Origin: Candidatus Saccharimonadota bacterium
Lineage (GTDB): Bacteria > Pseudomonadota > Alphaproteobacteria > CAJXXZ01 > 1604HC
NCBI RefSeq assembly: GCF_008189525.1
Contig: NZ_CP043314.1
Location: 210,001-242,000 of the forward strand
Reading direction: 5' to 3'
DNA length: 32,000 bases
The translations under genes were made by a program, and so were the position numbers. Shown one piece after another: positions 1-8,304 of the stretch. Each line of letters starts with the position of its first letter. The first letter of the stretch is position 1. Under the pieces are notes generated by a model. That model was not told where the DNA came from. It saw nothing but the letters and a program-made list of their open reading frames with translations, and did no database searches.

Positions 1-1067
1 TAGGTCATTTAGTTCCTTTAAAAATAGTAGACATACTTTCTAAACATGGAAATAAGCCAATTATACTTCTTGGAGAAGGAACAACTATGATAGGGGATCC
101 TTCTATGCGTAATAATGAAAGGCCTATGTTAGAAAAATCTTCCATAAAGAGAAATATGGAGTTTATTAAGAATCAAATAAAAAAGATATCCCCTAATGCT
201 ATTTATGTAAATAATTTGGATTGGATTTCAAAAACTAATTTTATAGATTTTCTTAGAGATGTAGCTAGCAAGTTTTCAGTTAATCAAATGGTGAATTTGG
301 AAACTTTTAAGAATAGGTTGAATAACAACTTACCACTTAGTTTTCTGGAATTTTCGTATCCTTTATTACAGTCTTTTGATTTTCTTGAATTATATAAAAA
401 ATATGACTGTGAACTGCAAATTGGTGGTTCTGATCAATGGGGTAATATTATAAATGGAGTAAATTTACTTAAAAAATCAGGTGCAAAAAGTGCTTATGGG
501 ATTACAACCCCACTTCTTCTTAGAGGTGGAAAAAAAATGGGCAAAACCACTTCAAACCCAATTTGGTTGGACAAAAACCTTACTTCTTGTTTTGATTTTT
601 GGCAATTTTGGAGAAGTATCCCAGATTCAGATGTAGAATCTTACATGTTAAAATTCACTGATCTCAAAAAAGATCAAATATTAGAGAAAATAAGAAATAA
701 TATTAATGAAGCTAAAAAACACCTTGCTGATTGTGTTACTTGTTGGGTTCATGGAAAAGAAATTTCTGAAGAAGTGCGTAATAAAGCAGAGAAAATTTTC
801 GAACAAGGAAGTGAAGATGCTTATTTGGATTTGGTATGTGATTTTGATGGTAATAATGTTAGTGAAAATGGAGAGTTACTTCTTTACAACTTGCTTTTTA
901 AAAAAGGTCTGGCTAAATCTTTATCTGATGCAAAAAGGAAAATTTCAGACAAGTCTGTGAAAATTAATGGAAAAGTGGAAATGGACTACAAATATGAAAT
1001 TAATCCTGAGCAAGATAGTATTTTGGAAATTGGTAAAAAATTAAAATTTAAGTTGAAATTTAATTAA
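1..1067 (+). CDS. tyrS: Tyrosyl-tRNA synthetase, 5' end cut by the window edge
   Basis: The frame of the listed ORF is open from base 3 (GHLVPLKIVDILSKHGNKPIILLGEGTTMIGDPS...). Class I aaRS features are present: GDPS, DQWGNI and a KMSKS-type loop KKMGKT. The C-terminal part is S4-like (LLFKKGLAKSLSDAKRKISDKSVKING). Stop codon is TAA at 1065-1067. Confidence 0.93.
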   Translation, partial: GHLVPLKIVDILSKHGNKPIILLGEGTTMIGDPSMRNNERPMLEKSSIKRNMEFIKNQIKKISPNAIYVNNLDWISKTNFIDFLRDVASKFSVNQMVNLETFKNRLNNNLPLSFLEFSYPLLQSFDFLELYKKYDCELQIGGSDQWGNIINGVNLLKKSGAKSAYGITTPLLLRGGKKMGKTTSNPIWLDKNLTSCFDFWQFWRSIPDSDVESYMLKFTDLKKDQILEKIRNNINEAKKHLADCVTCWVHGKEISEEVRNKAEKIFEQGSEDAYLDLVCDFDGNNVSENGELLLYNLLFKKGLAKSLSDAKRKISDKSVKINGKVEMDYKYEINPEQDSILEIGKKLKFKLKFN

Positions 1068-1070
1068 CCG

Positions 1071-1103
1071 TAAGCATAGCTCTAATTGAAGTGAGTGAGC
1101 TTA
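1071..1103. promoter_or_regulatory. Imperfect inverted repeat resembling a degenerate CIRCE (HrcA operator) upstream of groES; could alternatively be the tyrS terminator stem
   Basis: TAAGC-ATAG-CTC (1071-1082), a 10-nt spacer, then GAG-TGA-GCTTA (1093-1103). The CIRCE consensus is TTAGC-A-CTC N9 GAG-T-GCTAA. The outer 5 bp and inner 3 bp arms pair; the centre of each arm is expanded. Confidence 0.3.
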
Positions 1104-1169
1104 TTAGTGCTTTCAATAGTGTATCTTTTTATCTTTTTGTGTTAATATATCCAGACTTATGGAGGTTAA

Positions 1170-1481
1170 GTGTCTATAGAAGTAAATAATATACATAGAA
1201 TTAAGCCAATCGCTAGCTATATCGTGGTTAAGGTGTTAGAAGAAACAAAGACTACAAGTAGAGGTATTCTTCTTCCTAATTCAAAAGAATCTCCACAAAA
1301 AGGCGAGATAATATCTGTTGGTCCTGGAAAGAAAAGCGAGAGCGGACAATTAAAGGAAATAGATTTGAAGCAAGGGCAGGTTGTCGTTTTTGGAGAATAT
1401 GCCGGAACACTTATTGCTCAAGATGAATCCAGTAAATATCTATTAATAAAAGAAGAAGATGTTTACGGAACATACGAATAA
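1170..1481 (+). CDS. groES: Co-chaperonin GroES
   Basis: 103 aa with the Cpn10 pattern: IKPIASYIVVK, GILLPNS, KGEIISVGPG, LKQGQVVVFGEYAGT. GTG start, with GGAGG at 1161-1165. Confidence 0.93.
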   Translation: MSIEVNNIHRIKPIASYIVVKVLEETKTTSRGILLPNSKESPQKGEIISVGPGKKSESGQLKEIDLKQGQVVVFGEYAGTLIAQDESSKYLLIKEEDVYGTYE

Positions 1482-1490
1482 AATTATTTT

Positions 1491-1534
1491 TTATTTAGAT
1501 TGTTTTATTTAGGTTGTTTTATTTAGTTTTTGTT
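1491..1534. repeat. Degenerate ~14-bp tandem repeat, about 3 copies, in the groES-groEL spacer
   Basis: TTATTTAGATTGTT (1491-1504), TTATTTAGGTTGTT (1505-1518), TTATTTAGTTTTTGTT (1519-1534). Confidence 0.6.
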
Positions 1535-1635
1535 CGTTAATTTAATTTTAAAATTGATATCAAGCTTATTAATATATTGAATAGTTGGGTATTGAACAAT
1601 TTGTTGTTTAAAATATTTTTTGTTTTTATGCAGAA

Positions 1636-1664
1636 TTGACTGAGTGGAAATTAAATAGTTAAAT
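1636..1664 (+). promoter_or_regulatory. Candidate sigma70-type promoter inside the groES-groEL spacer
   Basis: TTGACT (1636-1641), 17-nt spacer, TTAAAT (1659-1664), about 38 nt upstream of the groEL start. AT-rich DNA gives many false positives for this pattern. Confidence 0.25.
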
Positions 1665-1702
1665 ATTTTACGTAATTTTATGTTTTAGAAAGGAAAAATC
1701 AA

Positions 1703-3337
1703 TTGTCAAATAGAATTTTAATTGGATCAGAATCTCGTTCTAGTATTTTGAAAGGTATTAATGATGCTTCAAATATAATAAAGAAAACATTAGGTCCTTC
1801 AGGTAGACTTGCTTTAGTGGATGAAGGAATGTCTATTAGATTTACAAAAGATGGAGTTAGTGTTGCAAAGGCGATAGATTTGTCTGATAAATCTGAAAGC
1901 ATTGGAGTGAAGTTAGTTCAAAAGGTTGCTTCAAAGACAGTAGATACAGCAGGTGATGGAACAACTACATCCGTCGTTGTTTTCCAATCGTTAGTTAACA
2001 ATGGAATGGAGCTTATAGAAGCTGGACTTAGCTCTGTAGAAGTACAAAGTGGAATTAGAGCTGCTTTATCTCATACTGAAAAATTCTTAGGAACTATAAC
2101 ATCTGAAATTAAAGGTGATGATAAAAAAATCAAGCAAGTCGCTACAATTTCTGCTAATGGAGAAGAGGAAATTGGTGAATTAATTTCTAAAGCTATAGCG
2201 AAAATAGGAACAGACGGAGTTATTGCTGTAGATGATTCTAAATCTGTTGATACTTATTTAAATGTTGTAGAAGGAATGGAATTAGAAAGAGGTTATATCT
2301 CTTCTAGTTTTGTAAATAACCAATCTAAGCAAACTTGTGAGTTAGAAAATCCATATGTACTTATTTTTGACAGTAAGATAAGTAATGTTAATGCTTTAAT
2401 TCCAGTTTTGGAAAAGGTAGTTGCTGCAAATAGATCAATGCTTATAATGTCTGAAGATCTAGAAGGTACAGCTTTAGCTGCAATAGTATTGAACTTTGTA
2501 AGAAGAACTATGAAAGTTGCAGCTATTAAGTTACCTGGTTTCGGTGATAACAGAAAAGAAGTTTCTAAAGATATAGCTGTTATGACTGGTGGTATTGTTA
2601 TTTCTGAAGAAGCTGGAGATAAGCTAGAAAATGTACAATTAGAAAAACTTGGTCAAGCTAAAAAAATTATTATTTCTAAAGATAAAACAACAATTATTGA
2701 AGGTCATGGAAATGAAGATGAAAAACAAGAAAGAGTCTCTTTAATAAAAAGTGAAAGAGAAAATAGTACATCTGATTATGACAAAGAAAAACTACAAGAA
2801 AGAGTTTCAAAGCTTACAAACGGAATGGCTGTTATAAATGTAGGTGGAGCTACTGAAGTAGAGCAAAAAGAAAGAAAAGATAGAGTAGAGGATGCTGTTT
2901 TAGCAGTAAAATCTGCTTTAGAAAGTGGAATTCTACCTGGAGGTGGTTCTGCTTTAGCTCACGCAAGTAGAGATTTAGAAAAGTTAATAGAAGATAGCTC
3001 TTTAAGTACAGTTGAAAAAGAAGCTGTAAAGGCATTTCAGAAAGCTATTTGTGCCCCTATGTTGCAAAACATAGAAAACTCAGGAAGCGAAAAAGGGCTG
3101 GTTTTCTTGAATGAAGTTCAATCTTCTTCTGATAAAAACCATGGTTACAATGTGATCAGTAAGGGATATGGAAGCATGATTGATCTTGGAATTCTAGATC
3201 CTAAGAAGAGTACAGAATCTGCTATAAAATATGCATGTTCAATAGGTATAATGTTTCTTACTTCAGGTGGAAGTATAGTAACACTTCCTGAAGATAGAGA
3301 ATCTAACTCAATGCCTTCTATGGATGGAATGTACTAA
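1703..3337 (+). CDS. groEL: Chaperonin GroEL (Cpn60)
   Basis: 544 aa with TLGPSGR, FTKDGVSVAKAIDL, AGDGTTTSVVV, ERGYISSSF, ILPGGGSAL and a Met/Gly-type tail MPSMDGMY. TTG start, with AGGAAA at 1691-1696. Confidence 0.95.
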   Translation: MSNRILIGSESRSSILKGINDASNIIKKTLGPSGRLALVDEGMSIRFTKDGVSVAKAIDLSDKSESIGVKLVQKVASKTVDTAGDGTTTSVVVFQSLVNNGMELIEAGLSSVEVQSGIRAALSHTEKFLGTITSEIKGDDKKIKQVATISANGEEEIGELISKAIAKIGTDGVIAVDDSKSVDTYLNVVEGMELERGYISSSFVNNQSKQTCELENPYVLIFDSKISNVNALIPVLEKVVAANRSMLIMSEDLEGTALAAIVLNFVRRTMKVAAIKLPGFGDNRKEVSKDIAVMTGGIVISEEAGDKLENVQLEKLGQAKKIIISKDKTTIIEGHGNEDEKQERVSLIKSERENSTSDYDKEKLQERVSKLTNGMAVINVGGATEVEQKERKDRVEDAVLAVKSALESGILPGGGSALAHASRDLEKLIEDSSLSTVEKEAVKAFQKAICAPMLQNIENSGSEKGLVFLNEVQSSSDKNHGYNVISKGYGSMIDLGILDPKKSTESAIKYACSIGIMFLTSGGSIVTLPEDRESNSMPSMDGMY

Positions 3338-3762
3338 TTTATATACTAATTTTAGTACAACATAATCTATAAATACTTATAATTAAATTTTCTTCAAGGA
3401 AGTTTATAATAAAAAACAAAAAGTAATTTTAAATATACTTAATGTTTTTTAGCGCTTAGGAAGGTTAACTCTTTATTAATTTCATAACTAAGAATTGCGA
3501 AGTGAAATTTTGTATACTTTCAACAATCAAACAATTCTAATATAAACAAAAAATTATCTAATTTTACTTCAAAATATTTACATCGGAATTAAGATTTATT
3601 TCAGGTTGTAAATATGATTGTTCTATGGACTTAAACTTGTGGTTTTTCCATCTCAAGTATTTTTTATATATGTATTTAAATTTTAAATAGCATTTCATTC
3701 ATACGTAATATAAACAGATTAGATTTGCCAATTTATATGAATATAAAACTTTATTTATAATT

Positions 3763-5763
3763 TTATCTAGAAAAGAAAATTCGCACAGATTCTTTGCTTA
3801 GTTCCTTACAGTATTCTTTTGAGGTTAATAAATCACTTTCAGATAATATATTTTCTATTTCACTGATTTCCAGGTTTTTTAATAATTTCTGTGATGCTAT
3901 ATCAGCAAGTATATTTGACCAATATTCTTTGTTTTTAGATTCTATATTAAAATTTTCTAAAGAATCAGCAAATTCTATGAATATTTGCTTTTCATAGTCT
4001 ATTGGTAGGAATATAGGGACTGAAATTAATATGTTATTTTCGAATTGTAAGCCAATATTTTCAAGTGTTTCTTTTAATTTATTTAAATTACTAATAGATT
4101 TATCTGAAATATCTGTTCTAAATGGAATTAGTAAATTTTTAGAAATTTCTGTATTTTTTTTATTTATGTCACTGTTTTTATCTAGAGTTAATATATGGTT
4201 CAGTTTTCTATAAATAAATCTACCAAAATAGAATTTGTGATTTATAATGAAAAACTTCCCTTTTTGTTCATTTTTCTGGAATAGAGATGTTGAGTTTTCT
4301 TCATTTGAGGCGTTTTTGCATACTATTGTGCAATCTATGCTTTGTAACCTAGCCACTATAGATATATTATTTCTTTTCTTTTCTTCGGTTTGTTGCGGTT
4401 TATATTCTAATGTTGTTGGTTTCTGATTATGTATTCTACTTAAGTTTTCATTATTGGTATCTTTATGTTTATTTGAGAAATTTAATCCATGCTCAGAGTG
4501 TCTTTTATTATACATAGAATGTGTAGGTTCATTTAAACTTGTATTACTTTCAGGTTCATTTAAATTTAACGCGCTATTGTATTCTTTGTCCAACAACGGT
4601 TCTTTAGATTGATTTTTGTTTGAGCCTAGATTTAGGTTTTTTCTGATATCTGTATAGCTTTTACTTTCTGACTCTCTGCTATTTTCTTCATAACTTAGTT
4701 TGTTTTTTGCAAATTGATTGTGGTTATTTGATTCGTCTTTGTAATCTAGACTAGTATCTTTATATGAATATTGATCTTGGTTATTTTGTTCATTATTAGA
4801 TTTGAACCCATATTTGGATTTGTAAAACGTAGACTCTATAGCATTTCTTAAAAAATTCCATCTTAGAAATCTGACTTCTTCTTTAGAAGGATGAATATTC
4901 ACATCTACTTCGTTAAAAGGTAAAGCTATTCTTATAAATCCACTTGGGTATCCTTTGCATTCAAACTGATTTTCAAATGAATTTCTTATACAAGTTATAA
5001 GACCTCGATCTCTTATTCCTCTTCCATTTACAAAAATCATTAAATTATTTGTAGAGTTCTGGATTTTATTAAAAAATATTTTTCCGCTGATTTTGTAATT
5101 GCTTTGTTCGTAATCCAGATCAGCAGAGTTAGTAAAATTACTACCAAAAACATCAGTCAATCTCTCGGAATATTCTACATTTTTGTAATTTTTTTTAGAA
5201 GATTTTCCATTGCTCCAAATCCAATCTATATCTGGATATGCTATACACATTTTCTGCAAATATTCTAATATAATAGACCATTCTCTAGATTCAGATCTTA
5301 AAAATTTCAACCTAGCTGGGAAATTGAAAAAAATATCCTTTACAGTCACTTTAGTGCCGACTCTATCTTTTATAGGAAATGGATCAGTAGGAACTGTGTT
5401 GAAAACTTCTAATCCATGACTTTCACTGTTTTTAGAACTATGAATTGTAAAATTTGTTACTGAAGAAATTGAATATAATGCTTCTCCTCTAAATCCTAAA
5501 GTTTTAATTTGGCTTAATGACTCTGTTTTAGAAGATGCATGGTTCTGAATGCATAGTAACAAATCTTCTTTAGAGATTCCTGATCCATTATCTTCGACTG
5601 TTATGCTGCTTTTTCCTCCATCTTCTATAAAAATAGAGATTTGTGAAGCTCCAGAATCTATAGAATTTTCTACTAATTCTTTAACTATTGAGATTGGTCT
5701 TATTACGACTTCTCCAGCTGCAATTTGTCTGACAATGGTATCAGAAAGTAGTTTAATATTCAT
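3763..5763 (-). CDS. mutL: DNA mismatch repair protein MutL, with a long Asn/Ser/Lys-rich linker and a degenerate C-terminal domain
   Basis: The N-terminal GHKL ATPase motifs are intact: IAAGEVVIRPISIVKELVENSIDSGA, VEDNGSGI, LGFRGEALYSISS. The C-terminal domain is only weakly MutL_C-like (see findings). Confidence 0.9.
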   Translation of the reverse strand: MNIKLLSDTIVRQIAAGEVVIRPISIVKELVENSIDSGASQISIFIEDGGKSSITVEDNGSGISKEDLLLCIQNHASSKTESLSQIKTLGFRGEALYSISSVTNFTIHSSKNSESHGLEVFNTVPTDPFPIKDRVGTKVTVKDIFFNFPARLKFLRSESREWSIILEYLQKMCIAYPDIDWIWSNGKSSKKNYKNVEYSERLTDVFGSNFTNSADLDYEQSNYKISGKIFFNKIQNSTNNLMIFVNGRGIRDRGLITCIRNSFENQFECKGYPSGFIRIALPFNEVDVNIHPSKEEVRFLRWNFLRNAIESTFYKSKYGFKSNNEQNNQDQYSYKDTSLDYKDESNNHNQFAKNKLSYEENSRESESKSYTDIRKNLNLGSNKNQSKEPLLDKEYNSALNLNEPESNTSLNEPTHSMYNKRHSEHGLNFSNKHKDTNNENLSRIHNQKPTTLEYKPQQTEEKKRNNISIVARLQSIDCTIVCKNASNEENSTSLFQKNEQKGKFFIINHKFYFGRFIYRKLNHILTLDKNSDINKKNTEISKNLLIPFRTDISDKSISNLNKLKETLENIGLQFENNILISVPIFLPIDYEKQIFIEFADSLENFNIESKNKEYWSNILADIASQKLLKNLEISEIENILSESDLLTSKEYCKELSKESVRIFFSR
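4525..4564. repeat. Two exact copies of a 13-mer spaced 27 bp apart, in frame, in the mutL linker
   Basis: AGGTTCATTTAAA occurs at 4525-4537 and 4552-4564. On the minus strand this encodes the repeated LNEP in NLNEPESNTSLNEPTHS. Confidence 0.7.
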
Positions 5764-5824
5764 TTATGGCCTTTATGTTCAAATATAAAACATATATAAA
5801 ATAAAGCATATATTTACTTCATTT

Positions 5825-6265
5825 TTATTTTTTATTTAGTATTATTTTCCAGAATAACATTAAGAATCCTATAGATATTGAAATGTCAGCAATATTAAAA
5901 ACAGGCATATTAATTCCAAATAATTTTATTGATATAAAATCCAACACTGCTCCAGAATCACTTGTTAGTCTATCTATAAAGTTACTTATTCCACCACCTA
6001 ATATAAAGCTATATGCTTTAGAGTCGAATTTGTTCTTTGTTTTGTACCAGCTTATAACAACTGCCAAGCAAGATAGAAATACAGTGAATTTTAAAAATGT
6101 AGAGTGGAAACTTTTACCCATTCCGAAGCTAATTCCTTTGTTCCACATCACATGTATGTTTAGGAAATTCTCATATATAATTCTCGACCCATATTGAATA
6201 GCTATTCTTTTGCTTATTTGATCTACTGCAAGTATAGAAATCGTAGCTAGTATTTTTCTGATCAT
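5825..6265 (-). CDS. lspA: Lipoprotein signal peptidase (signal peptidase II)
   Basis: 146 aa, multi-TM, with LAVDQISK, WNKGISFGM, GGGISNFIDRL, GAVLDFI and FNIADISISIG. GGTGAG lies upstream of the ATG. Confidence 0.85.
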   Translation of the reverse strand: MIRKILATISILAVDQISKRIAIQYGSRIIYENFLNIHVMWNKGISFGMGKSFHSTFLKFTVFLSCLAVVISWYKTKNKFDSKAYSFILGGGISNFIDRLTSDSGAVLDFISIKLFGINMPVFNIADISISIGFLMLFWKIILNKK

Positions 6266-6467
6266 TCACTCACCATTATTCTAAATAATATCACATTCTT
6301 TCAAAAAGGCATTATAATGAAGACTTTTATTTACATCTTAATTTTATGATTAACTAAATGCTGAGACTACTTACTTATTTTACTTGCTTTTTTATTTACT
6401 AAGTTATTGAGCAAATCTACAATTTAAAGCTTATATTTTAATTCAATGTTTATATAATTGAATTGTA

Positions 6468-6554
6468 GGAGAAATGCCAGAGCGGTTGAATGGGACGGTC
6501 TCGAAAATCGTTATATGTTTATGCATATCGTGGGTTCGAATCCCACTTTCTCTG
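6468..6554 (+). tRNA. tRNA-Ser, anticodon CGA, class II with a long variable arm; CCA not encoded
   Basis: Folded by hand. Acceptor stem GGAGAAA/TTTCTCT (G1-T72 wobble) with discriminator G. D stem CCA/TGG, with GG in the loop. Anticodon stem ACGGT/ATCGT and loop CT-CGA-AA. 18-nt variable arm with ATATG/CATAT stem. T arm GTGGG-TTCGAAT-CCCAC. Confidence 0.9.
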
Positions 6555-6722
6555 TTTATATAATTTCATTCTAAACCTTGAATCCTAACTTGATTTAAAG
6601 TTTAATGTCGAGCTTTTTCAGTGCTTTATTTTATTGGCTTTATATTCATTTTTCTTGTAAATAAACTTTGCAATGCATATTTTCATGTTATATATTTTTC
6701 TTATGCATATATTTCCTTTTTT

Positions 6723-7361
6723 TTAGCTCATTTTGTTTATCCTGTTTATATACTTTAATTTATTAGAAAATTCATGATTTAGAAACTTTCTTACCATTTC
6801 TTTTTCTGAATCATTTTTGTTTTCTGCTCCAATTACTAGCACATTTATGTCATTATGCTCTCTAGCAGAAGAAACATCTTGTATGTTTTTGCATAGTCCA
6901 GCTCTAATCATTTTATGTCTATTTGCAGCTATACTCATTCCTATTCCACTTCCGCATATTAATATTCCTCTTACAGAATAATTAGCTTTGTGGTGTTTGT
7001 AATGTAGGTTATTTTCATTAATTAATTCATCGTTTACTTCATTGATGTATATTTCTTTTTGTGGAATTTCTAATGAAAGATTTTTCCACTTTAGAATCAT
7101 TTTTTCTACTATATCTGTAAAATCGCACTTTTCTCCATTGCATCCTAAATCTACAATTTTATATATGACATTAATTTTATTGCTTTCAGATTTCTCGTTT
7201 TGGGCTTGCTGGCGTGCAGATTCCTGATATTTATGTTGATCTGCGTTTTGTATTTCGATTAGATATTGTTTTATTTTTTCTTTTAGTTCAAACCCCCTAT
7301 GATCACACCCTAGCAAGATGTAAATAGGTTGATTCATTTTAACAGACTTGTTTTCACTCAT
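6723..7361 (-). CDS. rpiB: Ribose-5-phosphate isomerase B (RpiB/LacAB family) with two hydrophilic insertions
   Basis: [40 protein letters not shown] and [16 protein letters not shown] are present. It is 212 aa, against roughly 145-150 aa for typical RpiB. The real start may be the internal Met at 7337 (MNQPIY...). Confidence 0.85.
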   Translation of the reverse strand: MSENKSVKMNQPIYILLGCDHRGFELKEKIKQYLIEIQNADQHKYQESARQQAQNEKSESNKINVIYKIVDLGCNGEKCDFTDIVEKMILKWKNLSLEIPQKEIYINEVNDELINENNLHYKHHKANYSVRGILICGSGIGMSIAANRHKMIRAGLCKNIQDVSSAREHNDINVLVIGAENKNDSEKEMVRKFLNHEFSNKLKYINRINKMS

Positions 7362-7443
7362 ATTATAAACTCATTATTGCAAAAAAAATCAATAATCAAA
7401 ATTGTTTAATGATTAATGCTTAGTAATGATGTAAAGTGTATAT

Positions 7444-8244
7444 ATGAAATTATTTTTGGATTCTGCAGAGATAGAAGAAGCAAAGTTGTTTAGTAAGTTT
7501 GGGGTTATAAAAGGTGTTACTACAAACCCAAAACTAATGTCAGATTCATTTGGTAAGATTGGGAAACAAACCACAAATCAAAGCAATTATGACATTTCAG
7601 GCACTTCAAAGGATGCTAAATCTTCTGTGGAAGAGCGTTACTCGGAAGAAATCAATCATGCAATTGAGATTAGCAAAATTACTGGGACTAAGGTTAGTGT
7701 ACAGCCTAGTTCTTATGATTATGAATCTATTGTAGGTTTTGGAAAGCTAGTATTCAAAAACAGGAACAATCTTATACTAAAAGTTCCACCAACCTTTGAA
7801 TCTTTTGAAGCTGTAAGATATATAAGAAAAAATTTAGGTTTTATAGATGTTAATTTGACATTGTGCTTTTCTGTCAATCAAGCAATTTTAGGAATGCAAT
7901 TAGGTGTGCAGTATATATCTATCTTTGTTGGAAGACTTGAAGATCAGAATGAAAATCCTTTCGAAATAATCGAAACAGTTAAGTGCTTAATAGAAAGTCA
8001 GCAGCTTGAAGAATATGGATATATGAATTCTTATATTAGTGAGAATAAAGAACAAGAATGTAGCTTGGATAAAAGCATAGCACTAGAACATAAGAACACT
8101 GAAATAATAGCTGCATCTATAAGAAGCTCTAGACATGTAAGGGAATCTTTTAAATCAGGTGCAGATATAGTTACTACACCTGGAAAAATAATCAGAGAAC
8201 TGTTTAATCACAACCTTACTGACAAAGCTATTAAATCTATTTAA
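7444..8244 (+). CDS. tal: Transaldolase, short TalC/FSA-type, with insertions
   Basis: MKLFLDSAEIEEAK, IKGVTTNPKLM, the Schiff-base Lys context LILKVPPT, NLTLCFSVNQA, ISIFVGRLED, AASIRS and GADIVTTPGKI are present. It is 266 aa, against roughly 215-220 aa. Confidence 0.85.
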   Translation: MKLFLDSAEIEEAKLFSKFGVIKGVTTNPKLMSDSFGKIGKQTTNQSNYDISGTSKDAKSSVEERYSEEINHAIEISKITGTKVSVQPSSYDYESIVGFGKLVFKNRNNLILKVPPTFESFEAVRYIRKNLGFIDVNLTLCFSVNQAILGMQLGVQYISIFVGRLEDQNENPFEIIETVKCLIESQQLEEYGYMNSYISENKEQECSLDKSIALEHKNTEIIAASIRSSRHVRESFKSGADIVTTPGKIIRELFNHNLTDKAIKSI

Positions 8245-8304
8245 TTATTAAATTAAATACATATTAAATATGAAACAGTTAATAAATGTGGGACAATTCG
8301 TATT

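Noticed and set aside
3450-3472. The GGAAGG-containing segment AGCGCTTAGGAAGGTTAACTC in the groEL-mutL spacer, considered as a possible SRP (4.5S) RNA domain IV remnant.
   Set aside because: The flanks do not pair around a GGAA tetraloop and the conserved symmetric-loop sequence is absent. I saw no supporting helix on either strand.
6440-6464. The hairpin AATTCAAT-N9-ATTGAATT ending 3 nt upstream of tRNA-Ser.
   Set aside because: An 8-bp all-A/T palindrome is common in DNA of this composition. It could be a processing or promoter-associated element, but nothing in the sequence distinguishes it from chance.
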